Origin: a virus
Virus record (IMG/VR): IMGVR_UViG_3300005613_000075
Span: 1 to 58,669 of that record
Length of the DNA stretch: 58,669 nt
Reading direction: 5' to 3' (one strand)
Numbering within the stretch: position 1 is the stretch's first letter; every line of letters starts with the position of its first letter. The position numbers were made by a program, and so were the translations under genes. The notes under the pieces were generated by a model. The model saw only the letters and a list, made by a program, of their open reading frames with translations. It made no database searches and was not told the DNA's origin. Shown here one piece after another: positions 46,269-53,821 of the stretch.

Positions 46269-46652
46269 ATGGATGATCAAACACAAGGTCTAGTTGATGT
46301 ACTGGGTCTAATCATTTCTGACTATGACATGGAAACAACCACGATGGAGCCATGTGTCTGGTATCCTAATTGCTATCCTGATATGGAATACTATTTGGGT
46401 ATGGCAGTTGACTTCGAGCCGTTCTATGATATTGAGCAGGCTGTTGAAGTTGCCAATTTGTATTGCCGGCAAAGGGAAGTAAGCTGGACACTGGAACGGA
46501 TAACGGTCGGCGGGAAAGTTCAGTTTCATGCCTCTTTTGCTTATGCTCCGGGAGGCAGCCCCACACATCGTATCATTGGGCAGAATACTGACGCATTAGC
46601 AGCAACTGCATTGATGACAGCTCTCGTAATAACAGCTGAGCAGTTATCCTGA
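46269..46652 (+). CDS. Hypothetical protein
   Basis: In-frame ATG of tracked ORF 46161..46652; 127 aa. Confidence 0.5.
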   Translation: MDDQTQGLVDVLGLIISDYDMETTTMEPCVWYPNCYPDMEYYLGMAVDFEPFYDIEQAVEVANLYCRQREVSWTLERITVGGKVQFHASFAYAPGGSPTHRIIGQNTDALAATALMTALVITAEQLS

Positions 46653-46668
46653 AAGAAGGGAGAACGAC

Positions 46669-46965
46669 ATGAAGAAGTCTGACAAACCATCACAGCGTTT
46701 CATCGGTGTCATCCTGCGGGCCTATGATAAGGAAGCTCAGAACGGTTGCGCGGTGACCTGCTCCGGTATGTGGGATCACATTGTCATGGAGTGCCTGCAC
46801 AGTGGACGCGGCGCGTTCGACATCATGTTCGACTGGGATACCTCGCAGGCGCAGAACAAGAACCGCATCGGGACTATCGCCGAGTGCATCAGGCGGGGAC
46901 ATGTGCCGGGTCTGGAGCTGGCCCAGGACCGCGGGCGGGAATATGTGCGACCATGTTCGAACTGA
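46669..46965 (+). CDS. Hypothetical protein
   Basis: GGGAGAA SD; 98 aa. Confidence 0.5.
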   Translation: MKKSDKPSQRFIGVILRAYDKEAQNGCAVTCSGMWDHIVMECLHSGRGAFDIMFDWDTSQAQNKNRIGTIAECIRRGHVPGLELAQDRGREYVRPCSN

Positions 46966-47078
46966 TACACTTGCTCTTATCCCATCAATTCCTGCTTGGC
47001 GTCGGTGTGGGCATGGCGGTGACGTATGCGCTGAGCATCACTGTACTGGTGGTGCTGGTGGGATGGGACGAGCTGTGA
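46953..47078 (+). CDS. Possible 41-aa single-TM peptide
   Basis: MFELIHLLLSHQFLLGVGVGMAVTYALSITVLVVLVGWDEL. Confidence 0.3.
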   Translation: MFELIHLLLSHQFLLGVGVGMAVTYALSITVLVVLVGWDEL

Positions 47079-47198
47079 GCGTCCTGTGCCTGGCCCTGGT
47101 GCTGGCCGCGGCGGTGGCCTGGGTGCTGTGGATAAGAGAGTTGTGGTAAACCTTGACACAAATTGTCGAATTATTGAACTAACTGATTGGGAGGGAAA

Positions 47199-47483
47199 AT
47201 GACTGTATTGTATTGCAGGCTACCGTATGATGAGGAAGAATTGGTTGAGTATGTAGCTGTCTACCGGTGCAAATGGGGACAGAGACCTGAATACCCAACA
47301 GCTTCATTCGTGGACTCAGGATACACAGTAGAAATGTTTGATAAGTTGATTGCCGCTTGTACAAACGCTTCCTTAGAATTGGGTGTTCCTGATTCTGAGT
47401 ATCCTGCCCCTATCGCAAACGCCTGGAGAATACTTCAGGCAGCATTAGAAGATGTCAACCAACACAATCTGACAAAACAGTAA
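47199..47483 (+). CDS. Hypothetical protein
   Basis: GGGAGGG SD before the ATG at 47199; 94 aa. Confidence 0.5.
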   Translation: MTVLYCRLPYDEEELVEYVAVYRCKWGQRPEYPTASFVDSGYTVEMFDKLIAACTNASLELGVPDSEYPAPIANAWRILQAALEDVNQHNLTKQ

Positions 47484-47667
47484 TGCCGTAGGGGATGAAA
47501 ACGAGATGGGCGGTACGGGGAATAAATACCCAAATTATATTGCCTTACCGGGTGAACGTACTTGCGGCGAGGTCGTCTCCTCCGCATAATGTGGAAGCGA
47601 TAACTAGGAGTTACCTGCCGGTGAGAATCCGGCCCCATCTAGTGTAAAGTGGAGGTTTGGCTGTAGC
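47484..47667 (+). ncRNA. Candidate structured RNA / regulatory leader (unclassified)
   Basis: 184-nt ORF-free gap. Closing helix AGATGGGC (about 47504)/GCCCCATCT (about 47630). Internal helices CGGTA/TACCG, GCGG/CCGC, AGGTCGTCTCCT/AGGAGTTACCT. Confidence 0.3.
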
Positions 47668-47880
47668 ATGACTGATCGCCTGTACGCCAATTGGGAACGG
47701 GAGACGGTAATCGCTGTCTCGTTGGGCAATATGCCCTACGAGGAGTATTCACCAGAAGAGCGTGCTACCTGGATAGCAGCCAGTTTGCTGCGCTGGGCGG
47801 AAGACAACGACATCAGCTTGAATTACCATAACGCGTATCAACAAGCAGAGACCATAATAGGCTGGGATGGTGAACCTTGA
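47668..47880 (+). CDS. Hypothetical protein
   Basis: GGAGG SD; 70 aa. Confidence 0.5.
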   Translation: MTDRLYANWERETVIAVSLGNMPYEEYSPEERATWIAASLLRWAEDNDISLNYHNAYQQAETIIGWDGEP

Positions 47881-47905
47881 CAATCCATGAATTGTGTGGT
47901 AGAAT
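47877..47905 (+). promoter_or_regulatory. Sigma70-like promoter TTGACA-17-TAGAAT (TGn extended -10)
   Basis: Shares an extended box GTGAACCTTGACAAT...TGTG(G/A)TAGAATGGG with the promoter at 50178. Confidence 0.65.
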
Positions 47906-47961
47906 GGGAGTATAGGATAACAAAAGCGTTGGCAGCGCTAAACAATTCCGGTAGAAGCGGA

Positions 47962-48056
47962 GAGATAATATTCTCTGTGTGCTCCTTTGCTCATTTCCGG
48001 CTACCGGCGGATCTGCCAAGGGAGCGGGGAGCACACACAGGCTATTATCTCTTTTG
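47962..48056 (+). terminator. Leader hairpin with T-tract (terminator/attenuator-like)
   Basis: GAGATAATA...TGTGTGCTCC pairs with GGAGCACACA...TATTATCTC, followed by TTTTGT; lies between the promoter and the 48075 start. Confidence 0.5.
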
Positions 48057-48074
48057 TATTATGAGGAGGCAGAC

Positions 48075-48194
48075 ATGGACATCCACCGCGAGCTAGACAG
48101 AATCATCATCGCTATCGAGTCAGGCCGACATGGGCCGTTCGTGGTGCGTCTCTTGCGTCGCTGGAAGGGACTACTCGAAAGGCTGATACCATGA
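48075..48194 (+). CDS. Possible 39-aa protein
   Basis: GAGGAGG SD 6 nt upstream; ATGA coupling into the primase gene. Confidence 0.4.
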   Translation: MDIHRELDRIIIAIESGRHGPFVVRLLRRWKGLLERLIP

Positions 48195-49147
48195 AGACAG
48201 CCGAACTACCGCCGGAATTCTCCGGACTACAGGGACAGGTACACTATGTCCGGCAAGCCTCCCGTACGGAATTTTGTAGCTCCTGTCCGAAGTGTGGGGG
48301 GGAGGTCCACGCTGATGGCGAATGGCCGGACAGGTTCCGGATGTTCACCGACAGCAAGATACGCGGCTGGTGTCGCCGTTGTTCGTTCGTGTGGTTCCCG
48401 GACATGGCCGACAACTACGATCCTCCCACGCCGGCAGAATTGGAACAGTGGCGCAAGAAGCAAGAGGAAAGCGAAGAGGCCCGACTGCGATCTGCTCAAC
48501 GGGCATTGGACAATTTGCGCAGTACTCGTCTCTGGGAGCAGTATGCTGAGATGAGCGGGGAACGAGGCCGCCAATGGTGGGAAGGGCGAGGGATACCCTA
48601 CGTGTGGCAAACCATCTGGAACCTGGGCTTCGACTATGACCTTAACCGGTGGGGCTGCGCCAGTGCCACAATTCCGTTGTTCGATCAAACAGGCAACTGC
48701 TTGAACATCAAGCACCGGCTACTGGACGACAGCAAAGGCAAGTATAGGTACAACGTAGTGGGGCAGGACGCTCCACTTTTTTTGTGCGCGCCGGAAACGG
48801 ATATGAGCGGACACGTGATCGCTATTGAGGGAGAACTCAAAGCCGCGACTACCTATGTTGTGTTGGATGACCCAACAGCCTGCATCGTGGGTTTACCCGG
48901 CCTGAACCCTCCCCAGAGCATTACCGACACCCTCGCCCAGGCTGAGCGGGTAACGCTGGTGCTGGACCCGGGCAGCGATACGCGGGTGAACGGAGGCTGG
49001 TCTCCAATGGGACGGCTCGTGAGTAAAATCGGTAGAACAAAATGCAAAGTCCTAATTCCAGTCTCGAAGATAGATGATAGTTTACTAGCCATGCAGGCTG
49101 ATAAATGGGACGTTCGCCGTCTGTTAAGTCAGGCAATGTATATGTGA
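48191..49147 (+). CDS. DNA primase-like protein (zinc finger + TOPRIM-like)
   Basis: CSSCPKCGG...CRRC zinc motif; IAIEGELKA and LVLDPGSD acidic TOPRIM-like motifs; heads the replication module. Confidence 0.5.
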   Translation: MKTAELPPEFSGLQGQVHYVRQASRTEFCSSCPKCGGEVHADGEWPDRFRMFTDSKIRGWCRRCSFVWFPDMADNYDPPTPAELEQWRKKQEESEEARLRSAQRALDNLRSTRLWEQYAEMSGERGRQWWEGRGIPYVWQTIWNLGFDYDLNRWGCASATIPLFDQTGNCLNIKHRLLDDSKGKYRYNVVGQDAPLFLCAPETDMSGHVIAIEGELKAATTYVVLDDPTACIVGLPGLNPPQSITDTLAQAERVTLVLDPGSDTRVNGGWSPMGRLVSKIGRTKCKVLIPVSKIDDSLLAMQADKWDVRRLLSQAMYM

Positions 49148-49155
49148 TATGGAAT

Positions 49156-49184
49156 TTGACAAACAAACCAATGTCTGCTATACT
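49156..49184 (+). promoter_or_regulatory. Sigma70-like promoter TTGACA-17-TATACT (copy A)
   Basis: Paralogous to 52260..52288. Confidence 0.65.
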
Positions 49185-49185
49185 A

Positions 49186-49302
49186 TAGGTGCTGAAGATG
49201 TGAAGTCGATTTTTGTTTGTCACCGAAGGCCCATGTATTTACCGGAATCGACTGCATCTTCAGCAATGCGGCAAACACCGGTAAGTGCGTGGGCTTTTGT
49301 TG
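49186..49302 (+). ncRNA. Conserved structured leader RNA, copy A (stem-enclosed domain plus terminator)
   Basis: P1 GCTGAAGATG (49191-49200)/CATCTTCAGC (49255-49264). P1b AGTCGA/TCGACT. Terminator arms 49229-49245/49278-49294 plus TTTTGTTG. Covaries with copy B. Confidence 0.55.
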
Positions 49303-49325
49303 TGGAGAAACAAGGACTAGCTAAC

Positions 49326-50159
49326 ATGGATACTAAAAAATGCACCAAATGCGGGACTATCAAACCAATAAGCGAATTTTACAAGAACAGAAGTAAACCG
49401 AGCGGCCTCGCTTGTGAGTGTAAGACTTGTGCGCGAGCTTATGCTAATCTCCGCTATGCTAATAATCAAGAGAAGATTGCAATCATTCAAAAAATTTCTC
49501 GTGCAAAACACCAGGAACGGATAACCGCTTACAATAAAAATTACTATGCCAAGCATCAAGAAAGGAATATCGCCAGAGCAAGGATTTACCGATCTAGCCG
49601 TAGAAAAGAAATGGCTGCTTATACTAGAGCCTACTACGCCGAGCACAAAGAGGAGAAAAGGATTTACAACAAAAATTATCTCCTCAATAACTTGGAGAGT
49701 GTAGCCGCCCGCAAGAAAATTTATCGATATAAATATAAGGATAAAGTAGCAGCACGTCAGAAGGCTTATCGCTCAGTGAATAAAGATAAAGTAGCAGCAC
49801 GTCAGAAGGCTTATTATACCGAACACAAGGAGAGAATCGCTGCTCGTAGCAAAATCTACCGCGCTGCAAACCTAGATAAACATCGAGCAAGTCAGGCAAA
49901 ACGTAAAGCGATTAAAATCAATGCGCCTGGCAATGCGACTGCCGAGCAGATTGCTGCACGGTGGGAAGTGTATGGCAACAAATGTTACATCTGTGGCGCG
50001 CCTGCGGAAGCCACAGACCACGTGATACCGCTTGACAAAGGTGGTAGTAATTGGCCGGCAAACCTTCGACCTATATGCAAGCGGTGCAATTCTACTAAGG
50101 GAGCGAAGTGGCCTTATGATTTCAAAGAAGCACAGGCGGTGGGGAATCGGACGGGATAG
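49326..50159 (+). CDS. HNH endonuclease with N-terminal zinc ribbon and tandem helical (YRxxNxEK-type) repeats
   Basis: CTKCG...CKTC. Repeated KxYxxxHxERIAAxxKxY units, including a 30-bp exact direct repeat (49740-49769 and 49785-49814). CYICG...DHVIPLDKGG...NLRPICKRCNSTKG. Low GC. Confidence 0.85.
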   Translation: MDTKKCTKCGTIKPISEFYKNRSKPSGLACECKTCARAYANLRYANNQEKIAIIQKISRAKHQERITAYNKNYYAKHQERNIARARIYRSSRRKEMAAYTRAYYAEHKEEKRIYNKNYLLNNLESVAARKKIYRYKYKDKVAARQKAYRSVNKDKVAARQKAYYTEHKERIAARSKIYRAANLDKHRASQAKRKAIKINAPGNATAEQIAARWEVYGNKCYICGAPAEATDHVIPLDKGGSNWPANLRPICKRCNSTKGAKWPYDFKEAQAVGNRTG

Positions 50160-50177
50160 TCTGGGATATTGTGAACC

Positions 50178-50206
50178 TTGACAATGATGACGAAGTGTGA
50201 TAGAAT
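50178..50206 (+). promoter_or_regulatory. Sigma70-like promoter TTGACA-17-TAGAAT
   Basis: Consensus -35, 17-nt spacer; paralog of 47877. Confidence 0.65.
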
Positions 50207-50264
50207 GGGGGTACAAGTGAATATCAGTGACAAGGCCCTGGCAAGCCTAAGCAAGCGACACAGA

Positions 50265-50354
50265 AGCGGTTTTTAGAACTGCTCCTGCGCTCTGCCTTTG
50301 TCGCTTGAGGGATTGCCAGGAGCTGTAGGAGCAGTTCTAAGGATCGCTTTTGTT
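50265..50354 (+). terminator. Leader long hairpin with T-tract (terminator/attenuator-like)
   Basis: AGCGGTTTTTAGAACTGCTCCT pairs with AGGAGCAGTTCTAAGGATCGCT (22 bp including G-U pairs), followed by TTTTGTT and then GGAGG-ATG at 50369. Confidence 0.55.
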
Positions 50355-50368
50355 ATGGAGGTGATACA

Positions 50369-51220
50369 ATGTCAGTTGAAGTAATGAGTGTGGTATGGAA
50401 ATTGGATCTGCCACAGAACAAAAAGTTGGTATTATTGGCTATCGCCGATCATGCCAATGATGATGGCATAGCATGGCCCTCGCAGGGTCGCATTGCTTGG
50501 AAGACTGGCTACAAACGGAGAAATATCAAGCGCATCTTGGATGAACTGATAGAGGATGGACTCCTGCAAGTAATGAGGGTCGGACGTGGTCGTGGCAACT
50601 CTACTGTTCATCAATTGACGCTAGAAAATGCCCCCCAATTACCAGAATACAACGCCGATGACTACTATGTTCCATTCAAAGAAAAGGTGACGCCACTGAC
50701 ATCTAATACTGTAAAAGGTGTAATCCCGGACGAAAAGGTGCAATCCGAGGTAATAAAAGGTGCAATAGCTAATACACCTGAACCATCATTTGAACCATCA
50801 TTTGAACCATCATATTCTGCGTCAAAAAGCGACGCAGACCTCGGTGTTATATCTGCTGGTGAAGTAATAGATCCACCAAGAGCCATATCAGCAAGTAAAG
50901 GCAATAGTAAGAACGAGATCCGTGGAAACTTAGAACAATACTTCGCGGAGATCAGTAATATACCATTGCCAAAACGTGAGACTGAAAGGCAACGTAAGGC
51001 TGCTGGTGAGTTATGGTGGGGACCACTTCGGGAAATATTGGACATGACAAACTGGGATCCAGAGCAGGCGAAGGGTTTGATACGCGAGTCATATAAGGCG
51101 TTGAAGGCTCCTGAGAACAAGCTCAATGTATCCAGTCCCAAAAGTATTTTGAAGACAGCAATCTCACTACATGCCGACGGGCGGGTCGGCGCCAACGGAA
51201 GGAGAATAATCCGAGTATGA
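50369..51220 (+). CDS. Replication initiator-like protein (N-terminal wHTH)
   Basis: N-terminus VVWKLDLPQNKKLVLLAIADHANDDGIAWPSQGRIAWKTGYKRRNIKRILDELIEDGLL is typical of phage HTH replication/DnaD-like loaders; precedes the helicase with ATGA coupling. Confidence 0.5.
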   Translation: MSVEVMSVVWKLDLPQNKKLVLLAIADHANDDGIAWPSQGRIAWKTGYKRRNIKRILDELIEDGLLQVMRVGRGRGNSTVHQLTLENAPQLPEYNADDYYVPFKEKVTPLTSNTVKGVIPDEKVQSEVIKGAIANTPEPSFEPSFEPSYSASKSDADLGVISAGEVIDPPRAISASKGNSKNEIRGNLEQYFAEISNIPLPKRETERQRKAAGELWWGPLREILDMTNWDPEQAKGLIRESYKALKAPENKLNVSSPKSILKTAISLHADGRVGANGRRIIRV

Positions 51221-52230
51221 AGCACACTATGGACGACATTCAGGATATCACGTACACTCCGAACGCGGCGGTAAAGTCCGCGTTGGAAATCATCACAGAG
51301 TTACACGAACAAGCCCAACAACCACATCCCGATCTGGGTGTATTCACTGGGTTGAAGGATGTAGACGAGGTCATGTTCCCCGGCAAGCCGGGCCACGTCA
51401 TTGCCGTACTGGGACGTACCAATCATGGCAAGTCCCAATTCATGCAATTTTGGGCACGTAACCAGTCGGCATTTATCTGCGAACGGGAGCAGCAGGGACT
51501 GGCGAAAGACAATCAGTGCGTGGTGTTTGTCACTTGGGAGCAGGCTATTGAAGAAGTCATTTGCTTTGACCTGGCACAGTCAGCGAAGATTTCGTCACGC
51601 GACGTAATGCTTGGCAAGATCAGTGACGAGCAATTACGTCGGCTGCATCTGGTGGATGGTATGAAGCGAGCCACAATGCCCATCTATTTGATAGGTCACA
51701 GCGTCCAGGCCGGTAAAGCACGCCCAGCATTGACATTAACAGCGGTGCGGGACGGGTTGCGATTGCTGCGTGAGAATTATGATGTCAAGCCTCGCGTTTT
51801 ATTCTTGGATTATCTCCAAGAGATTACTCCCGAACAAGGGCGTACCAAAGAGGAACAAACGCGGTACAATGCCTCCACGCTAAAGGATATTGCCTTTGAG
51901 ATGCGGTGTACTGTGGTAGTGGGAACACAGGCCAAGCGGACGAGCAACGATAAGATGTGGCTGCCTCAGATAGACGATAGTGAGTGGACGTCTACCCTGG
52001 AACATACCTGTGATGTTATATTCGGTATCTGGTATCCGCACCGGGCCAAAGAGATTGAACTGGGGGATGTCATTACACGCGGCAAGGTCAATATGACAGT
52101 TACAGAGAACCTGTTTATACTCGGATTGCTTAAACAGAGATGGGGCGTGGCGGATAGGTGGTGGCCGCTTCATATTCGCCCTGAGATCAACCATATTGCC
52201 CCGATGGAACTGGAGCGACATGATCTGTAG
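51217..52230 (+). CDS. DnaB-family replicative helicase (RecA-like C-terminal domain)
   Basis: Walker A GRTNHGKS; FLDYLQEI matches the DnaB IDYLQL motif; 337 aa. Confidence 0.65.
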   Translation: MKHTMDDIQDITYTPNAAVKSALEIITELHEQAQQPHPDLGVFTGLKDVDEVMFPGKPGHVIAVLGRTNHGKSQFMQFWARNQSAFICEREQQGLAKDNQCVVFVTWEQAIEEVICFDLAQSAKISSRDVMLGKISDEQLRRLHLVDGMKRATMPIYLIGHSVQAGKARPALTLTAVRDGLRLLRENYDVKPRVLFLDYLQEITPEQGRTKEEQTRYNASTLKDIAFEMRCTVVVGTQAKRTSNDKMWLPQIDDSEWTSTLEHTCDVIFGIWYPHRAKEIELGDVITRGKVNMTVTENLFILGLLKQRWGVADRWWPLHIRPEINHIAPMELERHDL

Positions 52231-52259
52231 GGCGCTACGGCGCGGAGAGGGGGAGTGAT

Positions 52260-52288
52260 TTGACAAATATTCTGATTGGTGCTATACT
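52260..52288 (+). promoter_or_regulatory. Sigma70-like promoter TTGACA-17-TATACT (copy B)
   Basis: Paralogous to 49156..49184. Confidence 0.65.
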
Positions 52289-52289
52289 A

Positions 52290-52405
52290 TAGACGCTAAG
52301 ATGTGAAGTCGCTTTTTTGTTTGCCAACAGAGGCCCTTGTATTACCGGAAGCGACCGCATCTTAGCAGTGTGGCAAACACCGGTAACACAAGGGCTTTTG
52401 TTTTT
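52290..52405 (+). ncRNA. Conserved structured leader RNA, copy B
   Basis: P1 GCTAAGATG (52295-52303)/CATCTTAGC (52358-52366). P1b GTCGC/GCGAC. Terminator arms 52333-52348/52380-52395 plus TTTTGTTTTT. Confidence 0.55.
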
Positions 52406-52424
52406 GAGCAAATGGAGGCTAGTC

Positions 52425-53027
52425 ATGGGTAACATCGTATCAGCAGGGGTAGACATTCGGGGCACGCGTCCGTTCCTGTGGCATTGGTTTGGACCGAACG
52501 CTATCTCATTGGAGAAGGTCGAACGGACGGGAGTGGCCGGCAACGACCCACAAGAGTGGCGCAATTCTGTTTTGTTCACCAACGAAGGCCAGCTATACAT
52601 CGAACCGACGTACGTCTTCGGTTCGATTCGAGACGGCAGCAAGCATACCAAGAAAGGCAGAGGCAGTATCCAGAAACTTGTCACGGCGACCTTGCAGGTA
52701 GTGAATGACCGTATCCTATTTGACCGGTTCATACCGGGATTCGACAAGGGATTGCCTGATGAACTCACTACTGATAATGAGCAACCGGTTTATCTTGACG
52801 TGAGGTCATGTGTCAATCCCAGCACCAGAGGGCGCAACGTGCGTTACCGGGTCGCGGCAGCGGCGGGTTGGCAGGCGTTCTTCCGCATCGAATGGGATAA
52901 GACCATCGTCTCTACCGGTGAGATGCAAGCTGTTCTGATTGACGCCGGGCGGTTGGCAGGCATTGGGGACGGGCGCAATATCGGATTTGGTCGCTATGAG
53001 ATCGTCGGGGTAGACCTCAGCGACTAA
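52425..53027 (+). CDS. Hypothetical 200-aa protein with C-terminal glycine-rich loop GIGDGRNIGFGRYEIV (RAMP/Cas6-like motif, speculative)
   Basis: GGAGG SD at 52414; the upstream part of tracked ORF 52317.. is promoter/leader. The helix-Gly-loop-strand pattern resembles the RAMP G-rich loop. Confidence 0.5.
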   Translation: MGNIVSAGVDIRGTRPFLWHWFGPNAISLEKVERTGVAGNDPQEWRNSVLFTNEGQLYIEPTYVFGSIRDGSKHTKKGRGSIQKLVTATLQVVNDRILFDRFIPGFDKGLPDELTTDNEQPVYLDVRSCVNPSTRGRNVRYRVAAAAGWQAFFRIEWDKTIVSTGEMQAVLIDAGRLAGIGDGRNIGFGRYEIVGVDLSD

Positions 53028-53045
53028 CGCTGCCTGGTATGGAGC

Positions 53046-53120
53046 GTGGCAAGGCCAGGCCTGGCTAGGCTGGGTGAGGCTAGTCCTGGCATGGCGCGGC
53101 TTGGCCGGGCGAGGCAAGGG
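53046..53120 (+). repeat. Array 1 of pentanucleotide-periodic NNGGC motif (15 units)
   Basis: gtGGC aaGGC caGGC ctGGC taGGC tgGGT gaGGC taGTC ctGGC atGGC gcGGC ttGGC cgGGC gaGGC aaGGG; 12/15 exact GGC. Confidence 0.9.
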
Positions 53121-53149
53121 AAAGACTGCCATTATCGTTACAACCAGGT

Positions 53150-53224
53150 ATGGCGAGGTGAGGCTGGGCCCGGCCGGGCTGGGCCAGGCGGGGCGAGGTC
53201 TGGCTTGGCGGGGCAAGGCAAGGA
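53150..53224 (+). repeat. Array 2 of pentanucleotide-periodic NNGGC motif (15 units), ending on the SD of the next gene
   Basis: atGGC gaGGT gaGGC tgGGC ccGGC cgGGC tgGGC caGGC ggGGC gaGGT ctGGC ttGGC ggGGC aaGGC aaGGA; 12/15 exact GGC. Confidence 0.9.
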
Positions 53225-53233
53225 GAATCATCA

Positions 53234-53524
53234 ATGCCCAAAAGCAGGCAACCGCAAGAGGTATGGCAAGAGACAAGACGCATTGTCTGGGAACGTGACA
53301 GGCACAAGTGCGTTCACTGTGGTGAGTCTGTGAAGCTCGAAGAGTGCCACATTGACCACATCAAGTCGGGTAAGTTAGCTGGCAACGAGTTAAGCAACCT
53401 GCGAACATTGTGCCGTCGATGTCATGTGTTGCGAGTAGACAAACGACATCGGGGGATGATAGCGTCGGCATTACGAGATGGAATTATCCCATCGGATTGG
53501 CGGGGGCTGGTATGGGGGGAATAA
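53234..53524 (+). CDS. Small HNH endonuclease
   Basis: CVHCG...CHIDHIKSG...NLRTLCRRCHVLR; AAGGAG SD at 53219-53224. Confidence 0.75.
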   Translation: MPKSRQPQEVWQETRRIVWERDRHKCVHCGESVKLEECHIDHIKSGKLAGNELSNLRTLCRRCHVLRVDKRHRGMIASALRDGIIPSDWRGLVWGE

Positions 53525-53548
53525 GGACAGAGTATTTAGGAGGAAGAC

Positions 53549-53821
53549 GTGGCTATTTGGATCGATCCGAAGTCTAAGCAACGCTACTGGGATTTTTGCA
53601 TCTCATTCCACGACTACTGGCCGCGGGGCTTCACCAAACGGCGACTGGAGCGTATCCGGTTGGCGTGTTGGGAAGACAACCACTTCTGGGGTGATGTTAT
53701 CTACCGGCATGGGGGACACGCGAATCCCCGCGACATCAAGCCGGAACTATTCGAGCACTGTATTGGGAATTTCTATGCGATGCTGGCGGAGGTCGCCAGA
53801 GGGGATGGGATAATCAAATGA
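53549..53821 (+). CDS. Hypothetical protein containing the CWEDNHFWGDVIYRHGGHA motif
   Basis: AGGAGG SD, GTG start; motif duplicated at 38466-38530. Confidence 0.55.
   Translation: MAIWIDPKSKQRYWDFCISFHDYWPRGFTKRRLERIRLACWEDNHFWGDVIYRHGGHANPRDIKPELFEHCIGNFYAMLAEVARGDGIIK

Noticed and set aside
47600-47650. Cobalamin riboswitch (GCCGGTGAGAATCCGGCC core)
   Set aside because: There is no GCCACTG B12 box, the AGGAG..ACCTGCC-like element is on the wrong side of the core, and no upstream GGGAA-containing P3 motif is present.
47887-48096. 69-aa ORF starting inside the 47877 promoter
   Set aside because: It starts within the promoter spacer, spans the leader hairpin and has no SD. The short SD-preceded ORF at 48075 is the better candidate.
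49149-49325. N-terminal extensions of tracked ORFs 49149-50159 and 52317-53027
   Set aside because: The extra 5' codons read through a consensus promoter and a terminator-containing leader. Downstream ATGs (49326, and 52425 with GGAGG) give products starting at the conserved zinc ribbon and a sensible N-terminus respectively.
53046-53333. ORFs 53046-53333, 53074-53298 (+) and 53080-53307, 52806-53276 (-) across the NNGGC arrays
   Set aside because: The 5-nt periodic GGC pattern removes stop codons in all frames, so open frames are expected by construction. The conserved unit is 5 nt, not a codon multiple, there is no SD, and the ORFs overlap the well-supported HNH start.
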